From an uncultured Nitrososphaerota archaeon (GTDB taxonomy: Archaea > Korarchaeota > Korarchaeia > Korarchaeales > Korarchaeaceae), in assembly GCA_964480775.1 (NCBI GenBank), contig CAYZRF010000001.1:1-32000 (forward strand): a stretch of DNA of 32,000 nt, given 5' to 3'. The position numbers were made by a program, and so were the translations under genes. The notes below the pieces were generated by a model, which ran no database searches, was not told the origin of the DNA, and saw only the letters and a program-made list of their open reading frames with translations. Of this stretch, positions 24,738 through 32,000 are shown in pieces. Numbering within the stretch: position 1 is the stretch's first letter; each line of letters starts with the position of its first letter.

Positions 24738-25331
24738 TTATTCGTCATCCTTTTGCTTCCAGCCCAGCATTCTTAAGAGAAAAGGTCCTAGCTCCTTCTT
24801 AAGGGCCTCTAAGTTCCTATGGTACTTCGGATCACTTAGAGGCTCACACTGAGAAAGTCTTGCATCCCCCTGAAGGACGCTTACAGCAAAGGCAGAGCAT
24901 ACCTGAAAGCCGCACTTACCACAGTTGATCTTTGGAAGATAATTGTATATTTTCATCCATGAGATCTCTCTTGCTGCCTGTATCTCTTTTTTGCTAGGCT
25001 TCCCAAGCCTCAGGTAATCTTTGTATGCCAAATTTATGATCTTCTTTATCTCACCTAAGATCTCTTGGGCCTCTTTAATGTCCTTTGTGTTAGTTACTGC
25101 AACCTTGCCAGATGGATGGAGCGTGATCATCCTGTTAAATACGTTAAGAGTTAACGTATTTTCAGGTTCGTTATAAGAGACCTTTCCTGGAGGAAACTTT
25201 AGGAAAATAATCGGAATTACTTCTCCAATCTCTCTATCTGCTTGTGCAGTGAACCTTATGTATCCGGGGGTCGTTATACAAGGCAAGACCTCCTTTATCT
25301 CAAATCTCTTAACAAGCTCTTGATTGGACAT
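24738..25331 (-). CDS. Fe-S binding protein with an RnfB/CdhE-type N-terminal-style [4Fe-4S] motif placed C-terminally
   Basis: LPKINCGKCGFQVCSAFAVSVLQGDARLSQC has exactly C-x2-C-x4-C-x16-C spacing (PF04060-type). The N-terminal domain of about 130 aa is unassigned. The ATG at 25331 (MSNQELV), preceded by GGTGGGG, is preferred over the track GTG at 25364. Confidence 0.7.
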   Translation of the reverse strand: MSNQELVKRFEIKEVLPCITTPGYIRFTAQADREIGEVIPIIFLKFPPGKVSYNEPENTLTLNVFNRMITLHPSGKVAVTNTKDIKEAQEILGEIKKIINLAYKDYLRLGKPSKKEIQAAREISWMKIYNYLPKINCGKCGFQVCSAFAVSVLQGDARLSQCEPLSDPKYHRNLEALKKELGPFLLRMLGWKQKDDE

Positions 25332-25342
25332 ATTCCCCACCT

Positions 25343-26167
25343 TTAGATGGGGAGATGTAACCACGAGAAAACCCCTATCATCTTAAGGGCCATGTATATC
25401 ATGACAGCTATGAAGATGTACTTCAGCTTCCTTGCAGGAAGTTTGTGGGCAGCTCTCACTCCTACCTGAGCCATAGGAATGCTTGTCCCAGCTAAGAGAA
25501 TCCATTGCAGCAGATTTACATAGCCTATGGAGTAATTTGGCAGGCCGTTCACGTTTAATCCCTCAAATACGTAAGAGATAACCCCTCCTATGGATGTAAA
25601 GATCATCATAGCAGTGGAAGTTCCTACTGCTTGGTGCATGTTGAACCTGAGGAAAACCACCATGACTGGAACCATCAGAACGCCTCCTCCTATGCCTATC
25701 AGGCCACAAGCAAAGCCCAGAGGTATTCCCCAAAGCACATAGGTAAATACATTTTCTAATGGCCTTTCCTCTATTTTCGGTGGTTTAGCTGTCAGCATCC
25801 TAATTGCGCCACCCAAAATGGCAATCCCAAATATTGTCTTCAGTACATTTCCAGGAAGATGACTTGCCGCAAAAGCTCCAAGAGAAGAACTGATGGCTCC
25901 GGTTATTCCAAGCACAATTGCAGCTTTCCAAAGGACTACTTCCTTCTTATGATGGCCTATGGCTCCGCTTAAAGCAGTTGGTAGTACGACAAGCAAGTTC
26001 GTCCCGAAAGCTACTCTTATGGCAATAGTAGGATCTACACCCATGTCTGTCAGTACCCAGTACTGAACTGGTATCATTATGAAGCATCCTCCAACCCCCA
26101 GCATTCCTGAGACGAAACCTACCCCGATTCCTGTCAATAACAAAGCAAGGACGTATTGTGGAGGCAT
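25343..26167 (-). CDS. TauE/SafE family (sulfite/organosulfonate exporter-like) membrane protein
   Basis: About 8 hydrophobic helices with the duplicated GxGGG motif (GMLGVGGCFIMIPV and GLIGIGGGVLMVPV). Confidence 0.85.
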   Translation of the reverse strand: MPPQYVLALLLTGIGVGFVSGMLGVGGCFIMIPVQYWVLTDMGVDPTIAIRVAFGTNLLVVLPTALSGAIGHHKKEVVLWKAAIVLGITGAISSSLGAFAASHLPGNVLKTIFGIAILGGAIRMLTAKPPKIEERPLENVFTYVLWGIPLGFACGLIGIGGGVLMVPVMVVFLRFNMHQAVGTSTAMMIFTSIGGVISYVFEGLNVNGLPNYSIGYVNLLQWILLAGTSIPMAQVGVRAAHKLPARKLKYIFIAVMIYMALKMIGVFSWLHLPI

Positions 26168-26193
26168 TGCTATCTTAGGTTTCTAATGATAAC

Positions 26194-26209
26194 AAATTTA
26201 AAAAATATT
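26194..26209. promoter_or_regulatory. Single 16-bp pure A/T tract (AAATTTAAAAAATATT) in the 61-bp divergent spacer
   Basis: It lies 27 nt (nearest edge) from the TauE ATG (26167) and 20 nt (nearest edge) from the Lrp ATG (26229). This fits a shared bidirectional TATA region driving two near-leaderless genes. Confidence 0.4.
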
Positions 26210-26228
26210 GGTTTCCTTTCGTAACTTA

Positions 26229-26792
26229 ATGGACGAAAGGGACCTCATGATAATTCGAGGGCTTGCTGCGGACGGGAGAACTCCCCTAGAAAAAATAGGT
26301 GAGAGAATAGGAATTAGCAGGGTTGCGGTTACAAAAAGGCTGAGAAATATGACGAATAGAGGTCTTCTCAAGGTAGGAGCAATGATAAATCCCAACAAAT
26401 TGGATTTTAAAGTGCTTTTCATAAGCATAGAAGTTGCAAATTACGAAGATCTGCAGAAGCTAGTTGAAACTTACAAGGATTGTCCAAGGATAATTTCCTT
26501 GATCCATGCCGCGGGAGGATATAATCTTCTAGCTCTAATGTATGCTGAGGATGAAAGGACTCTCATGAGCATCCTAAGCGGTTGCTCGATAAGGACTAGA
26601 AGAGAGGTTAGGAGGTCCGAAGTTAGCGTTGGCCGCCTCATATACCCGAAGTACTTACCGATAACGCTGTCTTCTGGAGGAGAAAGCGAAAGCACACCGT
26701 GTGGTCTTTCTTGTGGGAAGTGCGAGAGGTATAACGCGGAGCAATGCCTTGGATGCCCTAGTACAAAGTTCTACAGGCCTGTTTGGCTTTAA
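26229..26792 (+). CDS. Lrp/AsnC family transcriptional regulator with a C-terminal Cys-rich (DUF3795-like) extension
   Basis: HTH region DERDLMIIRGLAADGRTPLEKIGERIGISRVAVTKRLRNM, then a RAM-like domain, then the tail CGLSCGKCERYNAEQCLGC (26700-26756). The ATG at 26229 is preferred over the track TTG at 26208. Confidence 0.8.
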   Translation: MDERDLMIIRGLAADGRTPLEKIGERIGISRVAVTKRLRNMTNRGLLKVGAMINPNKLDFKVLFISIEVANYEDLQKLVETYKDCPRIISLIHAAGGYNLLALMYAEDERTLMSILSGCSIRTRREVRRSEVSVGRLIYPKYLPITLSSGGESESTPCGLSCGKCERYNAEQCLGCPSTKFYRPVWL

Positions 26793-26817
26793 TTTCAGGG
26801 GATATTTTCACCTGAAA
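26793..26817. terminator. Hairpin TTTCAGG-N11-CCTGAAA directly after the Lrp stop, between convergent genes
   Basis: Seen directly. 7-bp stem with a T-rich loop (GGATATTTTCA). Confidence 0.3.
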
Positions 26818-26901
26818 CGGACTTCTCAAGCTACTGCAATTGTTTTTAGCATGAAACCTCAGAAATCGCTAAAATAAGCACCAAGCTAAGCTTCTCATGC
26901 C

Positions 26902-28272
26902 TCATTTCGTGATTATAGTCATGTCTTCCACGACCAACTTTGGTGCAACGAAGTTTCCTACCTGCCTAGCCTCCTTTCCAATTAGTGTTACCTTCTTCAG
27001 CATCTCATAGGCATTTCCAGCCATCATAACGCCCTTAACTGCGTGGGTTATCCTTCCATCCTTTATCCTGAACGCTGGGGCCAGGGCAACTGAGAACTCC
27101 CCAGTCTCGGGATTGGATTGGTGCGCGCCCTGCACCTCCCTTACGTAGTACCCATCCCTTACCTCTGATATGAGTTCCTCTTCAGAGGCATCCCCAGGCT
27201 GGACAACTATGTTCGTTGGACTTATTGATGGCACTGTGCCGTACTTTGGTAGCGCTAAACCCCCGCCTCCCCTACCCGCGTTCCCAGTACTCTCCTTTCC
27301 CACAAGCCTTGCCCAATAGTTGTTGTAGATGAACTTAGAAAGCACTCCTTTCTCTATTATTGGAGTTCTCTGGCAAGGAACTCCCTCCAGATCTGCTTTT
27401 GCTGAGTAGAGCCCACCAGGGAGCGTTCCATCGTCGTATATGCTCAGGATTTCAGAGGCAACCTGCTGTCCTACCTTGTCCTTATAGGCGCTCTTTCCTC
27501 TGTAAACGTTGTCGCCCTTTATGGTCTCGACAAACGTGAAGGTTAGAATGTCTTGAAGGGCAAATGGATCCAAGAGAACCTTGAACTTACCCTGTTCTGC
27601 TGGCCCAACGTTGGTCGACTTAAGGGCAAGGCTGCCAGCCTCCCTTCCAACCCAATCCGGGTCTATCTCATACTTTCTCCTAGCAATGAACTCGTAGCAC
27701 ATCGGAGATACCTGGGTCTCGGACCTTGCCATGGCTGCCATGTAGGTTGCGATGCCAGTTCCCCTATCATATACCTCAACTCCGTGGCTGTTGGCACATG
27801 CAAGCTCGGAAATGTAGATCTCCGTTCCGCCAAACGCAGGCAGGACATTTGATCCCACAGAGAAAGTTGCATCAATAACCCTTTGAGAGATCTCTACCGT
27901 CGTCTCAGAAGTAAGCTCCTCGATCTTCTTGTCGTAGGTCTCGGGAACCGTTGGATAAGCTTTCGGGAAAGGCAAAGACTTCCAATTTTCGTCTTTTGGA
28001 CTAGCTTTTGCCGCTTTCATGGCTCTAGTAGCCATTTCTCTTGCAATTTCTTCGGTAAGAACGTTTGTAAACGCAAAACCTATGCTTCCGTTAAGAATTA
28101 CCCTCACAGCTATGCCAACATCAGTTATGTCGCTACAGCTCTTTATCTGGCCCCTTTCTATTTCAGATCCCATACTTCTTCCGCCATAAACAAGAGCCTC
28201 CGCCTCGGAGGCACCCAACCTCATCGCTTCCTCAACTGCCTTCTTGCACAGATCTAAATGCTCAGAACTCAA
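26902..28272 (-). CDS. pmbA: TldE/PmbA family protein (non-catalytic partner of the TldD metalloprotease)
   Basis: TldD/PmbA-fold length and motifs (GGGG loop GNAGRGGGG) with no HExxxH. The TTG start is 1 nt after the tldD stop, with GGGGGG upstream. Confidence 0.88.
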   Translation of the reverse strand: MSSEHLDLCKKAVEEAMRLGASEAEALVYGGRSMGSEIERGQIKSCSDITDVGIAVRVILNGSIGFAFTNVLTEEIAREMATRAMKAAKASPKDENWKSLPFPKAYPTVPETYDKKIEELTSETTVEISQRVIDATFSVGSNVLPAFGGTEIYISELACANSHGVEVYDRGTGIATYMAAMARSETQVSPMCYEFIARRKYEIDPDWVGREAGSLALKSTNVGPAEQGKFKVLLDPFALQDILTFTFVETIKGDNVYRGKSAYKDKVGQQVASEILSIYDDGTLPGGLYSAKADLEGVPCQRTPIIEKGVLSKFIYNNYWARLVGKESTGNAGRGGGGLALPKYGTVPSISPTNIVVQPGDASEEELISEVRDGYYVREVQGAHQSNPETGEFSVALAPAFRIKDGRITHAVKGVMMAGNAYEMLKKVTLIGKEARQVGNFVAPKLVVEDMTIITK

Positions 28273-28273
28273 C

Positions 28274-29650
28274 TCAATACCCCCCTATCGTTATCTCCTT
28301 AACCCTTAGGTGCGGTCCTCCGGATGATATGAATGCAGACTGACCCTTTCCGCACCTTCCGCACTCAAGGCCGAAGTCCTTTCCGCAAGCATCTACCATC
28401 ATTAGGGTTTCAAGCGTGTTTCCTGAGATGCCGAGGTTCCTAACGGGCTCTCCAACTTCGCCGTTCACTATCTCGAAGGCACTTTGAACTCCTACTGTGA
28501 AGGTCCCATCCAGATTCGCTTGACCTCCCCTGAATGCCTCAAGGTAATAACCGAACTTTATCCCCTCAAGGAGTTCCTCGAAGCTGTAGTCTCCCCTCTC
28601 GAAGCAGGTGTTCCTCATCCTGATAAGAGGGGGCACGCGGAAGTCTTGGGCCCTTGCATTACCAGTTGGCTCAGCTCCCATCTTAGCTGCTGTCTCTCTA
28701 TCGTGCATCAAGCCCACTAAAACGCCCTTCTCAATCAGCATCGTCTTCTGGCCTGGAACTCCCTCGTCATCGTACTTTATGTATCCAAAGCCCTCCTCCA
28801 TGAGGGCGTCATCGTATATCGTTACGGCTTCGCTTGCTATCTTCTTTCCTATCTTGTCAACTATTATGCTTCCTGCAAGCGTGAGGTCGGCTTCGCAAAG
28901 GTGGCCAAGAGCCTCGTGGGCCAGAACTCCAACTATGTCGGTCCCTATTATAGCTGGAAATCTGCCTCCCTTCGGAGTCTTTGCCTCTAACTGCTGAACA
29001 ACACGCTTGCACACCCTGCCCGATATCTTCTCAGGGGTCTCAAGGTCGAAAAGTTCGTATCCGTGGGCTCCTATTTCGTCCCTAGCGCTTGCCATGATCC
29101 CGTTTCCAACGCCCGTAACCCAGCAGTAGTTCCAGACGTAGTCCTTCTTCTGCTCTATGTAGGTTCCCTCCGTCGTGGCAATGACCTCGTCGGTGGATAT
29201 GTCAGCGTACCTTATCGTGACGCTCTTGATCCTCGGATCGTATTCAAAGGATAGCTTGTCTATCTTCAGGAGGTTAGATAGCTTCTGTGATATGTCAACT
29301 TGGGTTGGGTCCTTTTTGGCTAGGGACCTAACTTTGTCCTCAACTGCCTTAACTTCAGCAAGCTTTACAGGTTCCTTTATGTTTTTACTTGAGGCTCTCG
29401 CCATCTTAAATGCAGATTCCGCAGCTCTCTTCAGGTCCTCCTTCTGCAAAGAGCTTGACACGGAGAAGCCCCAGGCGCCGTTTACAAGGACCCTTATACC
29501 CGCCCCTGCCTCCATCGCAGAGGTCACAGCCTCAACTAACCCATCTCTCGTCGTTATAAGGGTCTTATTCGTCTTTTCTACCCTTATTTCCCCATACTCG
29601 GCTCCCTTGTCCGTAAGGAAACTCAAAACTGGGAAAAGAACGTCTTTCAT
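28274..29650 (-). CDS. tldD: TldD family zinc metalloprotease
   Basis: HEALGH (in GVLAHEALGHLCEAD) and a C-terminal GxC...CGKG motif (LECGRCGKGQ). The ATG at 29650, preceded by AGGAGG, is preferred over the track TTG at 29689. Confidence 0.9.
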   Translation of the reverse strand: MKDVLFPVLSFLTDKGAEYGEIRVEKTNKTLITTRDGLVEAVTSAMEAGAGIRVLVNGAWGFSVSSSLQKEDLKRAAESAFKMARASSKNIKEPVKLAEVKAVEDKVRSLAKKDPTQVDISQKLSNLLKIDKLSFEYDPRIKSVTIRYADISTDEVIATTEGTYIEQKKDYVWNYCWVTGVGNGIMASARDEIGAHGYELFDLETPEKISGRVCKRVVQQLEAKTPKGGRFPAIIGTDIVGVLAHEALGHLCEADLTLAGSIIVDKIGKKIASEAVTIYDDALMEEGFGYIKYDDEGVPGQKTMLIEKGVLVGLMHDRETAAKMGAEPTGNARAQDFRVPPLIRMRNTCFERGDYSFEELLEGIKFGYYLEAFRGGQANLDGTFTVGVQSAFEIVNGEVGEPVRNLGISGNTLETLMMVDACGKDFGLECGRCGKGQSAFISSGGPHLRVKEITIGGY

Positions 29651-29798
29651 TTCATCTCCTCCTACTTTTAGGTCAAATTGTTGGCTCAATCCAACCTAAA
29701 TAAGATAACTCACAAAATGATCTTACTGCAAATAAGATAGCTTCTCCTTAAATGGGGCCCTAAAATCGCTTGCTGGCCCCTTAAGTGGTCGAGATGAG

Positions 29799-30545
29799 CT
29801 ATCTGAAGAGATCCTCTTCTATAGGCCTAATCAAGTCCTTGGCGCTTCCATCTCCTTTTGGATAGTCGTAGCCCCGTATTATCACCACAGGAACTCCTTC
29901 AGCCTTCCCCTTAGCCAATTCGGCTGCTGAAGCCAGTTCATCGGCAACAGCCATCCTCGTCACCCTGAGCATGTAGCCGAACATGTCAGCTTCTCCTCTG
30001 TAGTCCCTGAAGGGGCTCATCCCAGCAACCCCTATGGCAAAGTCAACGTGTCCCAGCCTCCAGGGCCTACCCCAAGTGTCTGTAATTATTACGGCTGGGC
30101 TTTTTCCCGTAAGATCCTTTATCCTGCTCCTTATTTCTCTGGCTGATCTGTCTGGATCCTCTGGCAGTAGGGTCACGAAGTCCTCCCCTTCGACGTTTGA
30201 CCTATCAACCCCAGCATTCGCGCACACGAATCCGTGTTTTGTCTCCATGATGAGGTGCCGGTCCTTCATCCTAACAATTCTTCCAGTTTCCCTCAGGACA
30301 ACCTCCACAAGCCTTGGATCCTTATTCATCGCCTCTGCCACGTGCTCAGCAAATTCAGATGGAACCACGTCCTTCAGGGCTATGACCCTTCCCTCGGCCT
30401 TCGACACTATCTTCTGGGTTATGACTATGACGTCCTCATCCCTTATACCGATGCCTTGGTCCTCAGCTGCCCTTACTATGATCTCGCCAAGGTCATCTCC
30501 TGGTTTTATCAGCGGAATTCCCTTCAATCCGATGATACAAATCAT
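29799..30545 (-). CDS. cofE: Coenzyme F420-0:L-glutamate ligase CofE
   Basis: GIPLIKPGDDL, VVITQKIVSKAEGR, FVCANAGVDRSN, ITDTWGRPWRLG and ADELASAAEL closely follow the CofE family pattern. Confidence 0.88.
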   Translation of the reverse strand: MICIIGLKGIPLIKPGDDLGEIIVRAAEDQGIGIRDEDVIVITQKIVSKAEGRVIALKDVVPSEFAEHVAEAMNKDPRLVEVVLRETGRIVRMKDRHLIMETKHGFVCANAGVDRSNVEGEDFVTLLPEDPDRSAREIRSRIKDLTGKSPAVIITDTWGRPWRLGHVDFAIGVAGMSPFRDYRGEADMFGYMLRVTRMAVADELASAAELAKGKAEGVPVVIIRGYDYPKGDGSAKDLIRPIEEDLFR

Positions 30546-30632
30546 CTCAAAGATCGATTTGAATCGTTTTTATTAAATTTAAGGCTATTTAATGATGAAT
30601 CTTCGGAGGAGACGCTTTTTTCTGTTTTATTG

Positions 30633-31382
30633 CTATTTACCTTCCTTTAGAATTATGGAGGCTCTGCTTGCTATGGTCTCCCTTATTTGATTCCAGATAA
30701 ATCCAAATTCCTCCATACCATCTTCTCCATTTTTTAACCGATTTCGAAATGAAGTAATTGCATCTAGAAGACCTTTAACATCTTCAAGACCGGCTTCGGA
30801 TAGGAAAGAGGAAACCTCCTCGGTCTTCTTCGCCTTCATCCCCTTCAAGTAACAGCAACCGTATGCAAGATCTAAAACGGCCCAATACAGTTGGTTTACG
30901 CACTCTCTAAGGGAATCTTCAGCCAAAGAAAGCAGAACTTTGCTTCTTTCTAATAGAAACTTGCCTATGAGCTTGCTTGGTTTCAAAAGGCTCTTCAGGT
31001 AATATTCTTTTAGAGACGAGAAAAAGTCGTATTCGTCCAACAAAGTGCGTCCTTCCTCAATTATGTGCAGGATGCACGGATCTCCTTGGATGAAGTTGCC
31101 CAAAACAGTGGGCATGTCGGTGGAGACCACTTCAATTGCACCCCATTCCCCTGCCAAAATCTCCCTCATGATCTCTTCAGTTTTCTCGTCAAGCCTCTTG
31201 AATATTAGAAGAAGACTTCCGCTCCTCCAATTTCCTGAGCTTGTGTTCGTGCCGTACAAAACCACAGAAACGAGCTTATTCCCCAATCTCATCTTTACGT
31301 CCCTTAGAATACACTCCATCTCCTTAGGAAGGTCGCCAACGGGTAATTTCCCCAGGATTTCAGGCCAAACGAGGTCCGTCAA
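30633..31382 (-). CDS. Hypothetical protein: degenerate nucleotidyltransferase-like N-domain plus a helical HEPN-like C-domain
   Basis: LVSVVLYGTNTSSGNWRSGSLLLIF occupies the position of the Pol-beta NTase G[SG]...DxD motif but lacks both Asp residues. The C-terminal helical half has no R-x4-6-H motif. TTG start with AAGGAGG 7 nt upstream. Confidence 0.45.
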   Translation of the reverse strand: MTDLVWPEILGKLPVGDLPKEMECILRDVKMRLGNKLVSVVLYGTNTSSGNWRSGSLLLIFKRLDEKTEEIMREILAGEWGAIEVVSTDMPTVLGNFIQGDPCILHIIEEGRTLLDEYDFFSSLKEYYLKSLLKPSKLIGKFLLERSKVLLSLAEDSLRECVNQLYWAVLDLAYGCCYLKGMKAKKTEEVSSFLSEAGLEDVKGLLDAITSFRNRLKNGEDGMEEFGFIWNQIRETIASRASIILKEGK

Positions 31383-31727
31383 AGTTTTCTCCTCCTTAGA
31401 AAAGGATCTTAGAGCTATGCCTGAAAGAATCGGCGAGATATGGCTGTAGAGAGCGTGGGATAAGGAACTTGCTTCCAGCCCCTGTGTCCGATGCCCTCGC
31501 TACCCTAAAGGCGATCATCCCCAATTCAACCGTTAGTTTACAAAAGCCATTTTTTCGCATGTTTTTTACACCAAACTCGATTAGAAAAGGGAGTTAAAAG
31601 AGAAAGCGCACAACAGGAAATTACAATTCGTAGTAACATTTTGTGTTGTAGAGAGAACCTCCACTTGCCGTTATATCGCCTCCAAATTAGTGAGAAGATA
31701 TAGCGATTTAGAGGAGGATCCCTGATT

Positions 31728-32000
31728 TTAGGCTTCTCTCACATAGCCGATCTTTTCAAGAGCTTCTGTTAGAGCTGACAATGCCTTCAGCTTCATTTCT
31801 TTTGCCATATCTTCGTCTATGCCTATGAAGGACTTAGTAATTATCTTATCGAAGCCTATCACAGTCTTTCTCGTGATAGCTCTTTCGTTACTCACTATAA
31901 GCCTTTCAAGATCGGATTTCAACACTATTTTATTCCCGCGGAGGACTAAGTTTGTCTCTCTCTCTTTGAGTACAACTTCTTCCTCGTTCTTACGTGCGAG
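31728..32000 (-). CDS. Hypothetical protein; N-terminus probably beyond the right window edge
   Basis: The track lists only 31728..31925 (GTG start). The same frame stays open for all 25 upstream codons to nt 32000 (LARKNEEEVVLKERETNLVLRGNKI...). No motif recognised. Confidence 0.45.
   Translation of the reverse strand, partial: LARKNEEEVVLKERETNLVLRGNKIVLKSDLERLIVSNERAITRKTVIGFDKIITKSFIGIDEDMAKEMKLKALSALTEALEKIGYVREA

Noticed and set aside
27553-30650. Multiple + strand track ORFs opposite tldE, tldD and cofE (for example 27883..28257, 28608..28997, 29175..29699, 30034..30576, 30234..30650)
   Set aside because: All are antisense to genes with strong family signatures and are low-complexity shadow frames.
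31396-31518. 40-aa minus-strand ORF (MIAFRVARASDTGAGSKF...) ending in the RBS of the NTase-like gene; considered as a small antitoxin-like partner
   Set aside because: It has no RBS or promoter and no recognisable fold. Its GC-rich patch could equally be regulatory. The evidence is insufficient.
1-32000. Looked for CRISPR arrays, tRNA/rRNA genes, IS elements, integrases and long terminal or direct repeats
   Set aside because: No spaced repeat arrays, no tRNA-like GC-rich cloverleaf segments in the spacers, and no transposase or integrase-like ORFs were seen by eye. A tRNAscan, Infernal and repeat-finder run would be needed to be certain.

Overview
The window is a gene-dense archaeal chromosomal segment with about 35 protein genes on both strands. 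I saw no rRNA, tRNA, CRISPR array or transposase. Codon usage is AGA/AGG/ATA-rich. A/T-box promoters sit about 25 nt upstream of starts, several starts are GTG/TTG, and many neighbouring genes are tightly coupled or overlapping.

Recognisable core:
- A complete pstS-pstC-pstA-pstB-phoU phosphate-uptake operon (16.3-20.7 kb), with a divergently transcribed AbrB-PhoU fusion regulator.
- A TldD/TldE(PmbA) metalloprotease pair downstream of cofE.
- A deazaflavin-dependent nitroreductase-family gene, an iron-sulfur flavoprotein, a VOC protein and a DUF3795 protein.
- An M42 (TET-type) aminopeptidase, a D-2-hydroxyacid dehydrogenase and an Mrp/NBP35 ATPase.
- An ArsR-controlled NifX-like plus ABC-2 exporter operon.
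- A TauE/SafE permease coupled to an RnfB-type Fe-S protein, next to an Lrp regulator with a Cys-rich tail.
- A large secreted GH99-like protein.

cofE plus the deazaflavin enzyme suggest an F420-using euryarchaeon (Archaeoglobi- or methanogen-like). This is inference only.

Items worth a second look:
- An orphan intergenic element with its own TATA box and an in-frame 75-nt tandem repeat (9.7-9.9 kb). It could be a 53-aa micro-ORF or a small RNA.
- An edge-truncated STAND-like NTPase next to a membrane-anchored C39-like peptidase at the visibly more AT-rich left end.
- A methyltransferase interrupted by one in-frame TAA.
- A decay scar after phoU where remnants of a PHP phosphatase and a small GTPase abut tail to tail.
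- Several candidate operators.

All functional calls come from motif recognition by eye. No database search was run.
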